A stretch of 64,000 nt of DNA from the NCBI GenBank assembly GCA_007121385.1, contig SKLV01000002.1:18845-82844 (forward strand), given 5' to 3'. The notes under the pieces were generated by a model. That model ran no database searches, was not told the origin of the DNA, and was given only the letters and a program-made list of their open reading frames with translations. How positions within the stretch are numbered: the stretch's first letter is position 1; the number at the start of each line of letters is the position of its first letter. The DNA comes from Bdellovibrionales bacterium (GTDB lineage Bacteria > Bdellovibrionota > Bdellovibrionia > Bdellovibrionales > UBA1609). A program made the translations under genes and the position numbers. This document shows, in pieces, positions 19,945 to 29,211 of the stretch.

Positions 19945-21462
19945 TCACTCGTCGCGAGTCGTGTCTAGATCTCCTGGGCGCTTGCGTCGTAAATAAGAGG
20001 GAACATCTAAATTGTCTGGCTCAAAAGGAGGGCGGGCCATGGATCCCTGTCCCGTCTGGTGTCCTGCCTTTGCATCGAGATGATCCATATCCATAGTCAG
20101 CTGCTCTGGCTGAACCTGCTGGGGACGAGCTTGAGCTTCCCGATAGGCACGAGCTTTGGCCAACAAAATATCTCTAGGAAGAAGGGGTTGACCTGAGCTG
20201 TCCGTGGGACGGGATGAGGGGGTGGAGGCCGCCAAGTCTTGAGCCAACTGCCCTTGTGCCGGCACCTGAGGAGGAGCCTGCGAAGAGAGTCCCTGTTGGA
20301 CCTGTGGTGGCGGTGATGGCGGGGTAGGAGCTGCAGGCTGAAGGGGGGAGAGTCTCTGTGGCTCTTCATCCACTTCAAAGGACTCTGTGACTGCAGGCCT
20401 CTGAACACTCAAACTTTCCTGAGTGGCCACCTGAGCCTGCATATTGAGTTGCGCTTCAGCCATGGCCTGCAAACGGTGAATTTGATCGTTCACCATTTGG
20501 TGATTGTCTGTGCCAAAGCCCGTGGCAATGACAGTGACGCTCACCTGATCACCCATATTTTCGTCAATCACAGCACCAAAAATAATCTCGGCATCCTCAT
20601 GAGCGGCTTCGGTGATAAGAGTGGACGCTTCATTCACCTCCCACAGAGTAAGGTCACTGCCTCCAGTCACATTGATGATAATTCCTGTCGCTCCATCAAT
20701 GGTGATGTTCTCCAGCAGCGGTGAGGAGATGGCCGCTGTGGCCGCCTCAACAGCCCGATTCTCTCCACTCGCCACGCCGGACCCCATGATGGCCATTCCC
20801 TTGGCCACCATAACTGTGCGAATATCGGCAAAATCCAAATTGATCAATCCACGGATGTTGATGAGGTCAGAGATCCCCTTAACGGCATGCAGTAATACTT
20901 GATCGGCTTTTTTAAAAGTCTCAAGTAAAGGTGTTTTTTCGCTAGACACTGAAAGCAGCTTTTGGTTGGGAATAACAATCAGGGTATCCACGTTGTCTTT
21001 AAGTTCCTGCAAACCTTGGTCTGCATGTCGACGACGCTTTTTTCCTTCAAACATAAAAGGACGAGTGACCACGCCAATAGTGAGAGCCCCTAGCTCCCGA
21101 GCCACCTTAGCGACGACAGGAGCGCCTCCCGTTCCGGTGCCTCCCCCCATCCCGGCAGTCACGAAAACCATGTCGGCCCCTTCCAAAGCCGCCACAATGT
21201 CGTTGTAAGATTCGATCGCGGCTCGCTTGCCAATCTCTGGATTGGCACCAGCCCCAAGACCCTTTGTCAGCTCTCTTCCCAGTTGAATCTTAGTCTCTGC
21301 CTTATTGCTCAATAGAGCTTGTCGGTCAGTATTGGCAACTATAAACTCCACGCCGTTCAAGCCGCCCTCAATCATAGTTTGGACGGCATTGCTCCCGCCC
21401 CCACCAATCCCTATGACCTTGATGCTTGCTCCGAAGTTGGGGTTCTCTTCCAACTCAAACAT
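19945..21462 (-). CDS. ftsZ: cell division GTPase FtsZ with a long disordered linker
   Basis: It has the tubulin signature GGGTGTGG and NTDRQAL, then a P/Q-rich linker of about 165 aa and the C-terminal peptide DVPSYLRRK. Confidence 0.95.
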   Translation of the reverse strand: MFELEENPNFGASIKVIGIGGGGSNAVQTMIEGGLNGVEFIVANTDRQALLSNKAETKIQLGRELTKGLGAGANPEIGKRAAIESYNDIVAALEGADMVFVTAGMGGGTGTGGAPVVAKVARELGALTIGVVTRPFMFEGKKRRRHADQGLQELKDNVDTLIVIPNQKLLSVSSEKTPLLETFKKADQVLLHAVKGISDLINIRGLINLDFADIRTVMVAKGMAIMGSGVASGENRAVEAATAAISSPLLENITIDGATGIIINVTGGSDLTLWEVNEASTLITEAAHEDAEIIFGAVIDENMGDQVSVTVIATGFGTDNHQMVNDQIHRLQAMAEAQLNMQAQVATQESLSVQRPAVTESFEVDEEPQRLSPLQPAAPTPPSPPPQVQQGLSSQAPPQVPAQGQLAQDLAASTPSSRPTDSSGQPLLPRDILLAKARAYREAQARPQQVQPEQLTMDMDHLDAKAGHQTGQGSMARPPFEPDNLDVPSYLRRKRPGDLDTTRDE

Positions 21463-21486
21463 AATCCCTCCCGTGGAATTCCGTTT

Positions 21487-22737
21487 TTAACCTAAAAGAT
21501 CCTTCAATCGGCGGGACCAAGAGGATAAATATCCCTTTTCCCCTTCTTCCGCCTTAGCCATTGACACACTGGTTTTTGTCCGACTCATTGCGTAGAATAG
21601 CAAACCCACCGCTGTGGAGTGACTAGCACTTCGAACCACATCGGTGAGACCTCCTACCCGATCAGGAAGACCCCGGCGAACAGGAAGATCAAAAATAAAG
21701 TCTCCCATCTCGACCAGACCCTGCAATTGACTGGCCCCACCAGTCAGAACAACTCCCGAACCCAAGGTCGCCAGAAGTTGCTTTTCCTCCAACTCCTTGC
21801 GAATCAGGGCCAGGGTCTCTTCAGCTCGAGCCTCCAACACCTGACAGAGATCGCGACGAGCCAAGTTGCGCGCCTTTCGCCCTCCAACGCTTTCCACTTC
21901 AATAGCTTCAGACTCGTTGATCATATCGGGTATGGCGCAGCCAAATTTGCGCTTTAAGTTTTCTGCGTTGATTTGAGTGGTTCTCAATCCCATAGCCACA
22001 TCATGGGTAAAATTCTGTCCACCCACAGGAACCACCGCCGTGTGAACAACTCCCCCTTGAGAGTAGGTGACCATATCGCAAGTGCCACCCCCCATATCCA
22101 CAAGGCACACACCTAGATTCATTTCATCAGGGCTTAGAACTGCCATAGCTGAGGCCAAGGATTGCAACACCAAACCTTCCACTTTAAGCCCAGCCTTTTC
22201 TGTGCACTTGATGGCATTCTGTACTGCGGAATTGCTGGCCGTGATAATATGGACAGAACATTCAAGCCGGATTCCGGACATTCCAATGGGATCGTTGATC
22301 CCCTCTTGCTCATCGATTTTGAAAGCCTTGGGTAAGACATGAAGCACTTGTCGATCATTGGGAATGGCAATGGCTTTCGCCGCCTCGATGACACGGGCCA
22401 TGTCCTCAGCGGTGACTTCCTGATTGCGAATGGCCACCATACCAGAGCTGTCAAAAGACTGTATGTGGGATCCTCCAATGGCCAGCCAAACCGTCTCTAC
22501 GCTGGCTCCTGCCATCAGCTCGGCTTCCTCGCGGGCTTTGGTGATGGCCTCAATTGTGGCTTCAATATTAACCACCACCCCCTGGCGCATCCCCTTGTTG
22601 GCAGCTTGCCCAACACCAATGACTTCAAGTCCCCCTGGGCCCACCAAGCCAATGGCACAAGTGACCTTAGTGGTTCCGACATCCAGTCCGGCAAAGACCT
22701 GATTTTTTTTTGTTGCCTTCGACATCCGAGTCCTCAA
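21487..22737 (-). CDS. ftsA: cell division protein FtsA
   Basis: Actin-fold motifs are present: GLDVGTTKV, DMGGGTCD and LTGGASQLQG. The start could instead be the second ATG at 22725. Confidence 0.95.
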   Translation of the reverse strand: MRTRMSKATKKNQVFAGLDVGTTKVTCAIGLVGPGGLEVIGVGQAANKGMRQGVVVNIEATIEAITKAREEAELMAGASVETVWLAIGGSHIQSFDSSGMVAIRNQEVTAEDMARVIEAAKAIAIPNDRQVLHVLPKAFKIDEQEGINDPIGMSGIRLECSVHIITASNSAVQNAIKCTEKAGLKVEGLVLQSLASAMAVLSPDEMNLGVCLVDMGGGTCDMVTYSQGGVVHTAVVPVGGQNFTHDVAMGLRTTQINAENLKRKFGCAIPDMINESEAIEVESVGGRKARNLARRDLCQVLEARAEETLALIRKELEEKQLLATLGSGVVLTGGASQLQGLVEMGDFIFDLPVRRGLPDRVGGLTDVVRSASHSTAVGLLFYAMSRTKTSVSMAKAEEGEKGYLSSWSRRLKDLLG

Positions 22738-22790
22738 AGTTGCAAATTCAAAGTCATTATGGACGCTTGGCCTTTAGTCCTTAATTCAGC

Positions 22791-23534
22791 CTAAAGTTGG
22801 TGCCGCAGCTTGACAACAACTTTCTTGGAGAATCTAGCATCAATGACGCGGCCACTAATTTGCTGCTGCTGCAGGTAATCCAAGACCTGTTCAATCTGAC
22901 TAGCCTTTTGTCCAAGTCCATCCTGACCTAAAAACACAGCCACTCCATTTAACAGAGTTAACTCAAAGCCCGTGCGCTCCTCATAGTGAATTTCGGAAAT
23001 CTGCCATCGACTAAAGGAACCTCTATCAGGAAGCGAATCCAAGATCTCGACCGCTCGCAGGCGTAAAGCCTGCCCTTCGGGCCCAGAAAAAAGCCTTCCT
23101 CGCAAAATAGGAACATCAGGAGTATCAGCCAGGGAAGAGGTTGGCAAAAGACTTGCATCCCGGGCCACAGGCCATAAATCTCCCTGCTCTGACATATAAA
23201 CTAAGGTCGGTTGATGGGGGGTGACCCGGACCTCCATTTGGGCTGGAAAAACTCGGCGCACCTGGGCCGAATGAACCCTCTCATCTTGGACCACTTCATG
23301 GAGAATCTGCTGAATGGAAACTTTAAATAGTGGCTGCTGAAGAAAATTGAGCAACTTAGAATTTAAGTCTGCCTCTATACTGCGAAACAAGGCCCTCTCT
23401 TCAGAGAGGGGGTCTAGAGTGATCTCAATAGAATTCAGCCGAATCAGGTCTCCTTCAAAAAGAGTGTACGCTGTCAGAGCTACAATCAAAAAAAAACTCA
23501 GAGCTACAATAAGCGAAGCTATCCACCTCTTCAA
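22791..23534 (-). CDS. ftsQ: cell division protein FtsQ
   Basis: 247 aa with a single N-terminal TM helix followed by a POTRA-like region. It sits between ddl and ftsA. Confidence 0.75.
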   Translation of the reverse strand: MKRWIASLIVALSFFLIVALTAYTLFEGDLIRLNSIEITLDPLSEERALFRSIEADLNSKLLNFLQQPLFKVSIQQILHEVVQDERVHSAQVRRVFPAQMEVRVTPHQPTLVYMSEQGDLWPVARDASLLPTSSLADTPDVPILRGRLFSGPEGQALRLRAVEILDSLPDRGSFSRWQISEIHYEERTGFELTLLNGVAVFLGQDGLGQKASQIEQVLDYLQQQQISGRVIDARFSKKVVVKLRHQL

Positions 23535-24514
23535 GGCTCTGCACCCCCATCGTCCACCGGGTAGTCCAGGGCCGCCTGTTCAACCAATGTCTTTATAACC
23601 TCGGAAAAGCCGATGCCCTCAAAAGCTGCAGCTTTGGGTAAAAGTGAAGTCTCGGTACAGCCCGGCAAGGTGTTAATCTCAATCACATAAGCCTGCCCCT
23701 GAGGATTGAGACGAAAATCCACTCGACTATAAACTCTTGCCTGACAAGCCTGATGAGTTTTTAATGCCAGCTCTTTGAGGTTCTGAATTTGTTCTGGAGA
23801 TAACCGGGGCGGCAAATAATATTCAGTGGCACCCGCTGTATACTTTCTTTGATAATCGTAAAAGCCTTCTTGAGGAACAATTTCAACGGGAGTAAGAGCT
23901 CTCTCCCCAAGAATGGGGACTGTGAGCTCCATTCCGGGAATGAACTCCTCTAAGAGAATTTCGGAGTCGTAACGAGCCGCCTCTTGCAGAGAGTTCGCCA
24001 GGTCTTCAGGCCCCCGACAAATACTAATACCCATACTCGACCCATCTCGAGAGGGCTTCACCACCAGAGGAAAAGTGAGATCTGTTTTGACTTCCGACCA
24101 GTCTACCACCCTCCCAACCTGACCGGACGGAGGACAAACGCACTGGAAATTTGGGGTGGGAATCTTATTATAAACAAGAACTTTTTTAGTAAAAAATTTA
24201 TTCATGCAAAGAGCTGAGGCCAGCACTCCACTGCCAGAGTAAGGGATTTTTAGATATTCACAAATTCCCTGAACGGTTCCATCTTCTGCATATTTTCCAT
24301 GTAGAGCCAATAAGGCCACATCCGGCTTCATTTTCAAAAGCTGCTGAGGTAAATCTGGACCCGCATCTATAATCTGATAGTCATAGCCCAGTTGGTCTAA
24401 AGCCTCAGCAAAAGCCCGACCCGTTTTCAAAGAAATATCCCGCTCTGAGCTCATTCCTCCTTGCACTAGAGCTATTTTTTTAGACTCCCAGCTTTTTATT
24501 TGAGTGCTTCTCAA
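23531..24514 (-). CDS. ddl: D-alanine--D-alanine ligase
   Basis: An ATP-grasp enzyme with GGMSSERDISL, HGKYAEDG, VVKPSRDGSSMG and EINTLPG. Confidence 0.95.
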   Translation of the reverse strand: MRSTQIKSWESKKIALVQGGMSSERDISLKTGRAFAEALDQLGYDYQIIDAGPDLPQQLLKMKPDVALLALHGKYAEDGTVQGICEYLKIPYSGSGVLASALCMNKFFTKKVLVYNKIPTPNFQCVCPPSGQVGRVVDWSEVKTDLTFPLVVKPSRDGSSMGISICRGPEDLANSLQEAARYDSEILLEEFIPGMELTVPILGERALTPVEIVPQEGFYDYQRKYTAGATEYYLPPRLSPEQIQNLKELALKTHQACQARVYSRVDFRLNPQGQAYVIEINTLPGCTETSLLPKAAAFEGIGFSEVIKTLVEQAALDYPVDDGGAEP

Positions 24515-24618
24515 TGAACAAATCCCCTTTCTCTTTTCAGCTTAACACAACATTCGAAAGGGTAAAGCTGGGATTTTTCCTGTTCTCCACAGTGAACATA
24601 ATTTAATATCTTGATCTT

Positions 24619-25743
24619 ATGAGTATTCAAAAAACATCCCTGCCCTCAAGGGGTCGAATTCTGATTGTTGCAGGTGGCACTGGTGGACATATTTATCCGG
24701 CACTCAGTGTAGCTCAGGCGCTTAAGGACCTGCACTCTGAAATTGAAATTCACTTTGCCGGAACACCCAGGGGTCTCGAGAATCAAATCATACCCCAGGA
24801 GGGCTACCCCCTTCACCATATCCCTATAGGACGCCTCAACAGGAACATCGCCCTCAAAGAAAGACTTCTCACTCTCGTCCGCCTGCCCGGAGCCTTTTTT
24901 CGGAGCTGGACACTCATTCGGAAGCTCAAACCAGATTTGGTGGTGGGTTTTGGAGGCCATGCCTCCGGCCCCCTTTTGCTGATGGCCAGCCTCGTCCGAA
25001 TCCCGAATGCCATATGGGAGCCTAATGCTCACCCTGGGATGGCCAACCGAATTTTATCTCGCTTTGTGGATCACTGCCTAGTGGTCTTCCCTGAGGCCGC
25101 AAAGGGGCTCAAGTTTAGAAACTTGGTTCAAGTGGGTATGCCCGTCCGCCCCAGCATTGAAGCCCTCACTCAGAACCCCACTCTAGAGCAGGTTCATCGC
25201 CCCTTAAGGGTTTTGGTCTTTGGGGGGAGCCAAGGCGCTCGCGGAATCAATCGTGCAGTCATGGAAGGCCTCATCTCCCAGGCAGAGTCTTGGGACGGAC
25301 AAGTTGAAATAGTACACCAGACGGGATCGGCGGACTATGCTCACATAAAAAGCCAGTATGACCAAAGTCCCCACCCTCTCCCCGTTCAGGTTTTTGAATA
25401 CCTTCATGATATGGATCAGCGCTATCTATGGGCTGATTTGGTAGTGGCTCGAGCTGGGACTGGGACTCTCTCAGAGTTGGCAGCTTGCGCCCGAGGCTCC
25501 CTCCTGATTCCTCTACCCACCGCAGCAGACAATCACCAACAGAAAAACGCCGAAGTCTTTGCTCAGCAGGGTGCTGCCATCATGATTTTGCAAAAAGATT
25601 TCAATGGAGTGAGTTTTTCCCAAATGATCGAGGATTTTATTGCCCATCCTGAGAAATTGGTTCTAATGTCTCGGGCAGTCCGGTCTTTGCATAGACCCCA
25701 GGCGGCTCAGCAGATGGCCGACTTACTCAGTCATTTGAGGTAG
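24619..25743 (+). CDS. murG: UDP-N-acetylglucosamine--N-acetylmuramyl-(pentapeptide) pyrophosphoryl-undecaprenol GlcNAc transferase
   Basis: Motifs AGGTGGHIYPAL, FGGSQGAR, ARAGTGTLSEL and HQQKNA are present. Confidence 0.95.
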   Translation: MSIQKTSLPSRGRILIVAGGTGGHIYPALSVAQALKDLHSEIEIHFAGTPRGLENQIIPQEGYPLHHIPIGRLNRNIALKERLLTLVRLPGAFFRSWTLIRKLKPDLVVGFGGHASGPLLLMASLVRIPNAIWEPNAHPGMANRILSRFVDHCLVVFPEAAKGLKFRNLVQVGMPVRPSIEALTQNPTLEQVHRPLRVLVFGGSQGARGINRAVMEGLISQAESWDGQVEIVHQTGSADYAHIKSQYDQSPHPLPVQVFEYLHDMDQRYLWADLVVARAGTGTLSELAACARGSLLIPLPTAADNHQQKNAEVFAQQGAAIMILQKDFNGVSFSQMIEDFIAHPEKLVLMSRAVRSLHRPQAAQQMADLLSHLR

Positions 25744-25747
25744 TGAA

Positions 25748-27103
25748 TTGACCCTATCTACAGCTTTAGCCACATCCAAAGTTCATTTTATTGGCATCGG
25801 CGGCATAGGCATGTGCGGCTTGGCCGAACTCCTATTCAATATGGGAGCCCATGTGACCGGCAGCGATCTTTCTGAGAACTCCCAGACCCGCAGACTCAAA
25901 GACATGGGAATAGCTGTTTTTATCGGACACCATTCCGATCAGGTGGGAGATGCGGATGTGGTGGTCTACTCTGGGGCCGTGAAAAGCTCTAATCCAGAGT
26001 ACCAGTCTGCTCGGGAGAAAAAAATTCCCTTGATTCCAAGAGCCGAGGCCCTAGCAGAAATCATGCGCCTCAAGCGAGGCGTTGCCGTGGCCGGAACTCA
26101 TGGCAAAACGACCACCACGAGCCTGACGGCTTCTGTCTTTTTGCAGGGAAAACTGGACCCCACCATTGTGGTGGGGGGTCGATTGGACCTTATTAAATCC
26201 ACAGCCTGCCTTGGCCAAGGAGAATGGCTGATTGCGGAAGCCGATGAAAGTGACGGCAGCTTCAATCGTCTCAGCCCAGAGGTAGTGATTGTCACCAATA
26301 TCGATAATGACCACTTAGATCACTACGGCAACTTCACTCGACTCCAGCAGGCCTTTTTTGATTTCGCCTCTCGCATCCCGTTTTATGGACTTTTAGTTCT
26401 CTGTGGCGACGACCCCGAGACCCTGAAATTGTTCAGCGATTTTGGTAAGAGAATGGTCACTTATGGTTTTGGCGATCACAATGACTATCAGCTCAAGAAA
26501 GTGGCTCCGCAGGAATACAGAGTCTTGCAAAGTGGACAGGATCTAGGGCCTATGAGCCCCTCCCTTCCGGGAAGCCATAATGCTCTCAACGCTCTGGCCT
26601 CGCTGATTGTTGGACTGGAAGCTGGAATTCCTTTTGTAGACTGTGCTCAGGCTCTTAGTCATTTTGCTGGGGTGGATCGACGCTTTCAAAAGCGGTATAG
26701 CAAAGAAGGGATCGACAGCTTTGATGACTATGGACACCATCCCACAGAAATTCAAGCCGCCTTAAGTGGCTTTCGTGAACGCTTTCCGGACCGTCGCCTC
26801 GTTGTCCTCTTTCAACCCCATCGCTTTAGTCGAACCAAGCTGTGTTGGCCTCAATTCTTGACCTGCTTTACTTTAGCCGATGTGGTTTACATTACAGACA
26901 TCTACCCGGCTGGAGAGGCCCCCTTGCCTGGAGTCTCCTCAGAATTGCTCTGCGGGCAAATCCAGCATCCCTCTTGCGAGTACCTTCCCTTATCCCACCA
27001 TCAAGACATCGCCCCCATTCGCCAGCAGCTCAAAAAAGGGGATGTTTTCATCACCTTGGGAGCGGGGGATGTGTGGAAGTGGCAGGACCTACTCTTTGTA
27101 TGA
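25748..27103 (+). CDS. murC: UDP-N-acetylmuramate--L-alanine ligase
   Basis: Motifs HFIGIGGIGMCGLA and GTHGKTTTTS mark the Mur ligase core. A TTG start with a GAGG SD lies 5 nt after the murG stop. Confidence 0.95.
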   Translation: MTLSTALATSKVHFIGIGGIGMCGLAELLFNMGAHVTGSDLSENSQTRRLKDMGIAVFIGHHSDQVGDADVVVYSGAVKSSNPEYQSAREKKIPLIPRAEALAEIMRLKRGVAVAGTHGKTTTTSLTASVFLQGKLDPTIVVGGRLDLIKSTACLGQGEWLIAEADESDGSFNRLSPEVVIVTNIDNDHLDHYGNFTRLQQAFFDFASRIPFYGLLVLCGDDPETLKLFSDFGKRMVTYGFGDHNDYQLKKVAPQEYRVLQSGQDLGPMSPSLPGSHNALNALASLIVGLEAGIPFVDCAQALSHFAGVDRRFQKRYSKEGIDSFDDYGHHPTEIQAALSGFRERFPDRRLVVLFQPHRFSRTKLCWPQFLTCFTLADVVYITDIYPAGEAPLPGVSSELLCGQIQHPSCEYLPLSHHQDIAPIRQQLKKGDVFITLGAGDVWKWQDLLFV

Positions 27104-28011
27104 AGTTGGAAAAGCAAGTGGCCTTGGCCCCCCTGACATGGTGGAAAATTGGCGGCCCTGCCGAGCACTTTATTCAACCCAGAGATCAAGAAGAACTCGA
27201 GCAGGCCTTACAATGGGCTCAGTCCCAGAGTTGGCCCGTCACCGTCCTTGGCGGGGGAAGCAATGTCCTTATTCCTGATGAAGGCCTACCTGGGCTGGTT
27301 ATCTCTTTGCGAGAGCTTCGGGGTCTGAAGTCAGAGATTATTCCTCAAGAGGAACCTCCCTTTCAACGTCTATGCATCACGGCCTTGGCGGGAACTCCAA
27401 AATCAGACCTCACTAAAGTCTTCCTTGAGCACAAGCTGGCTCCTGCCCTTTTTCTCTGTGGACTTCCCGGAGATACCGGAGGAGGGGTTGTGATGAATGC
27501 GGGGGTCAGTGAATCCATTCAGCCCAGAGAGTTTGTTGAAATTGTAGACTGGGTTGAGGTCTTACGAATCAATTCTGAGAACTCCAACGAAGCCTCTCTT
27601 CTTCGGTTTGCCAATACAGATCTGAGATGGACCTACCGCCATAGTTCAGGCTGGCAGCCCGGAGTGATTTTCAGAGTATCTTTAAGTTGGCCCTTGCAGC
27701 CACAAGAGAATATAATGTCTGAAGTCAAGCTGGCCACTCGCAACCGCCTAAAAAAGCAGCCTCTCAACTGGCCTAGCTGTGGCTCTGTTTTTAAAAACCC
27801 CGAGGGGTATAAGGCAGGAGCGCTAATTGAGCAATCGGGCCTCAAAGGCTTTTCTATTGGCCAAGCGCAAGTTTCGGAATTGCATTCTAACTTTATCATT
27901 AACCGAGGGGGAGCTACGGCCAAGGATGTCCGCTCACTCATTGAACACATCCAAAACACCGTACGAGACAAATTTGCTGTGGAACTACAGACTGAAGTTC
28001 GCTTTCTTTAA
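27100..28011 (+). CDS. murB: UDP-N-acetylenolpyruvoylglucosamine reductase
   Basis: Motifs WKIGGPAEHF, VLGGGSNVL and SCGSVFKNP are present. The true start is the ATG at 27100, overlapping the murC stop (ATGA). The longer track ORF runs out of frame through murC. Confidence 0.9.
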   Translation: MKLEKQVALAPLTWWKIGGPAEHFIQPRDQEELEQALQWAQSQSWPVTVLGGGSNVLIPDEGLPGLVISLRELRGLKSEIIPQEEPPFQRLCITALAGTPKSDLTKVFLEHKLAPALFLCGLPGDTGGGVVMNAGVSESIQPREFVEIVDWVEVLRINSENSNEASLLRFANTDLRWTYRHSSGWQPGVIFRVSLSWPLQPQENIMSEVKLATRNRLKKQPLNWPSCGSVFKNPEGYKAGALIEQSGLKGFSIGQAQVSELHSNFIINRGGATAKDVRSLIEHIQNTVRDKFAVELQTEVRFL

Positions 28012-29141
28012 AGTGGCAAGTGCCGCTGACGGTGGGCGCGAACCTTTATCAGCTCTTGCTCTCTCTGAATATTGAGCAAAAGACCAAAGGCCAAACTTAA
28101 GGAGACCAAAGAGCTTCCCCCGTAGCTCAAAAAGGGAAGGGTCAAACCTTTGGTGGGAAGAAGCCCCAGTACCACACCCACATTGATAAACAGAGAGAGG
28201 GCAAAGGTCATCACCAGCCCAAAGGCAAATGCCCTCTTAAATTCAATTTTGGTATTAAAAACAATTTGCATTCCCTTAAAAATCAAGAATCCGTAAATTA
28301 AAAAGACGATAAAGAACCCCACAAAGCCCATTTCCTCGCCCAAAACAGCCAGAGTAAAGTCTGTGTGGGCTTCTGGCAGAAAGAAAAGCTTTCCCTGACC
28401 CTCCCCCAGACCAGCCCCCCAGAGCCCTCCAGAGTGAAAACTGAGAAGACTCTGAATCACCTGAAAACCTGTGGCCGAGGGGTCCGACCAAGGATCCAAG
28501 AAGGCTTTTACCCGACTCATGCGATAGGGAACATTGATCACTAAAAAATAAAGGGAAGCCAAACTAACGGCAAGACTGGCGAAGACATAGCGCCAGCGAA
28601 GACCAAAGGCGAAGAGGGTGCCCAGAGCAACGGCTCCACAGATCACCACACTGCCAAAATCAGGCTGACGCAACAAGAGGCCCAATGGGGCCACAAGAAG
28701 AAGGACCACTAAAGCTTGCCACCACCACCTCCAAGTCAACCACGAACTAGTCACCACAAAGGCGAGGGCCATTGGAAAGGTCACTTTGAAAAGCTCACTC
28801 GGCTCAAAACGCTGGCCCCAGGGGAGCTTCACCCAGCGGCTGGCCCCTCCTGCTCTGATGGCCAACTCGGGAATGAAGGTCGCAATAAGGCCTAGGGTGG
28901 CCATTAAGAGCCCCATAATGGCGACCGTCATCGCCCAGCGCGGAGGCAGCCATGCCACAGTCAGTAAAATAACAATGGCCAAAATGACAAAGACCAACTG
29001 TTTCTTAAAGAAAAACAGTCCGTCTCCATAAGACTCAGTGGCAAAAATAAAGCTCGAGGAATAGACCTGAACTAAGCCCAATCCCATGAGAAAAAAAACC
29101 GCAAGCAACAGCCCCTTATCTAAAGACCAGAAGTACCTCAT
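28008..29141 (-). CDS. ftsW: SEDS-family peptidoglycan glycosyltransferase FtsW
   Basis: 377 aa and polytopic, with QPDFGS, PEAHTDF and LPFLSYGGSS. It lies after murD in the dcw order. Confidence 0.9.
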   Translation of the reverse strand: MRYFWSLDKGLLLAVFFLMGLGLVQVYSSSFIFATESYGDGLFFFKKQLVFVILAIVILLTVAWLPPRWAMTVAIMGLLMATLGLIATFIPELAIRAGGASRWVKLPWGQRFEPSELFKVTFPMALAFVVTSSWLTWRWWWQALVVLLLVAPLGLLLRQPDFGSVVICGAVALGTLFAFGLRWRYVFASLAVSLASLYFLVINVPYRMSRVKAFLDPWSDPSATGFQVIQSLLSFHSGGLWGAGLGEGQGKLFFLPEAHTDFTLAVLGEEMGFVGFFIVFLIYGFLIFKGMQIVFNTKIEFKRAFAFGLVMTFALSLFINVGVVLGLLPTKGLTLPFLSYGGSSLVSLSLAFGLLLNIQREQELIKVRAHRQRHLPL

Positions 29142-29211
29142 GAACTCTAGATTAGCATTTGCTCAGAGCGGGGCCAACGAGACCAAAGTCTCAGAACTGG
29201 GTTTGTCTCAC

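Noticed and set aside
20097-21490. Alternative-frame ORFs of 61-103 aa lie within ftsZ on both strands.
   Set aside because: They are nested in a highly conserved gene. The one in the linker region is simply the P/Q-rich sequence read out of frame.
26842-27099. The ORF track gives murB as 389 aa with a long N-terminal extension.
   Set aside because: The extension is an alternative frame of the murC 3' region. The conserved MurB sequence begins at the ATG at 27100, which overlaps the murC stop in a classic ATGA junction.
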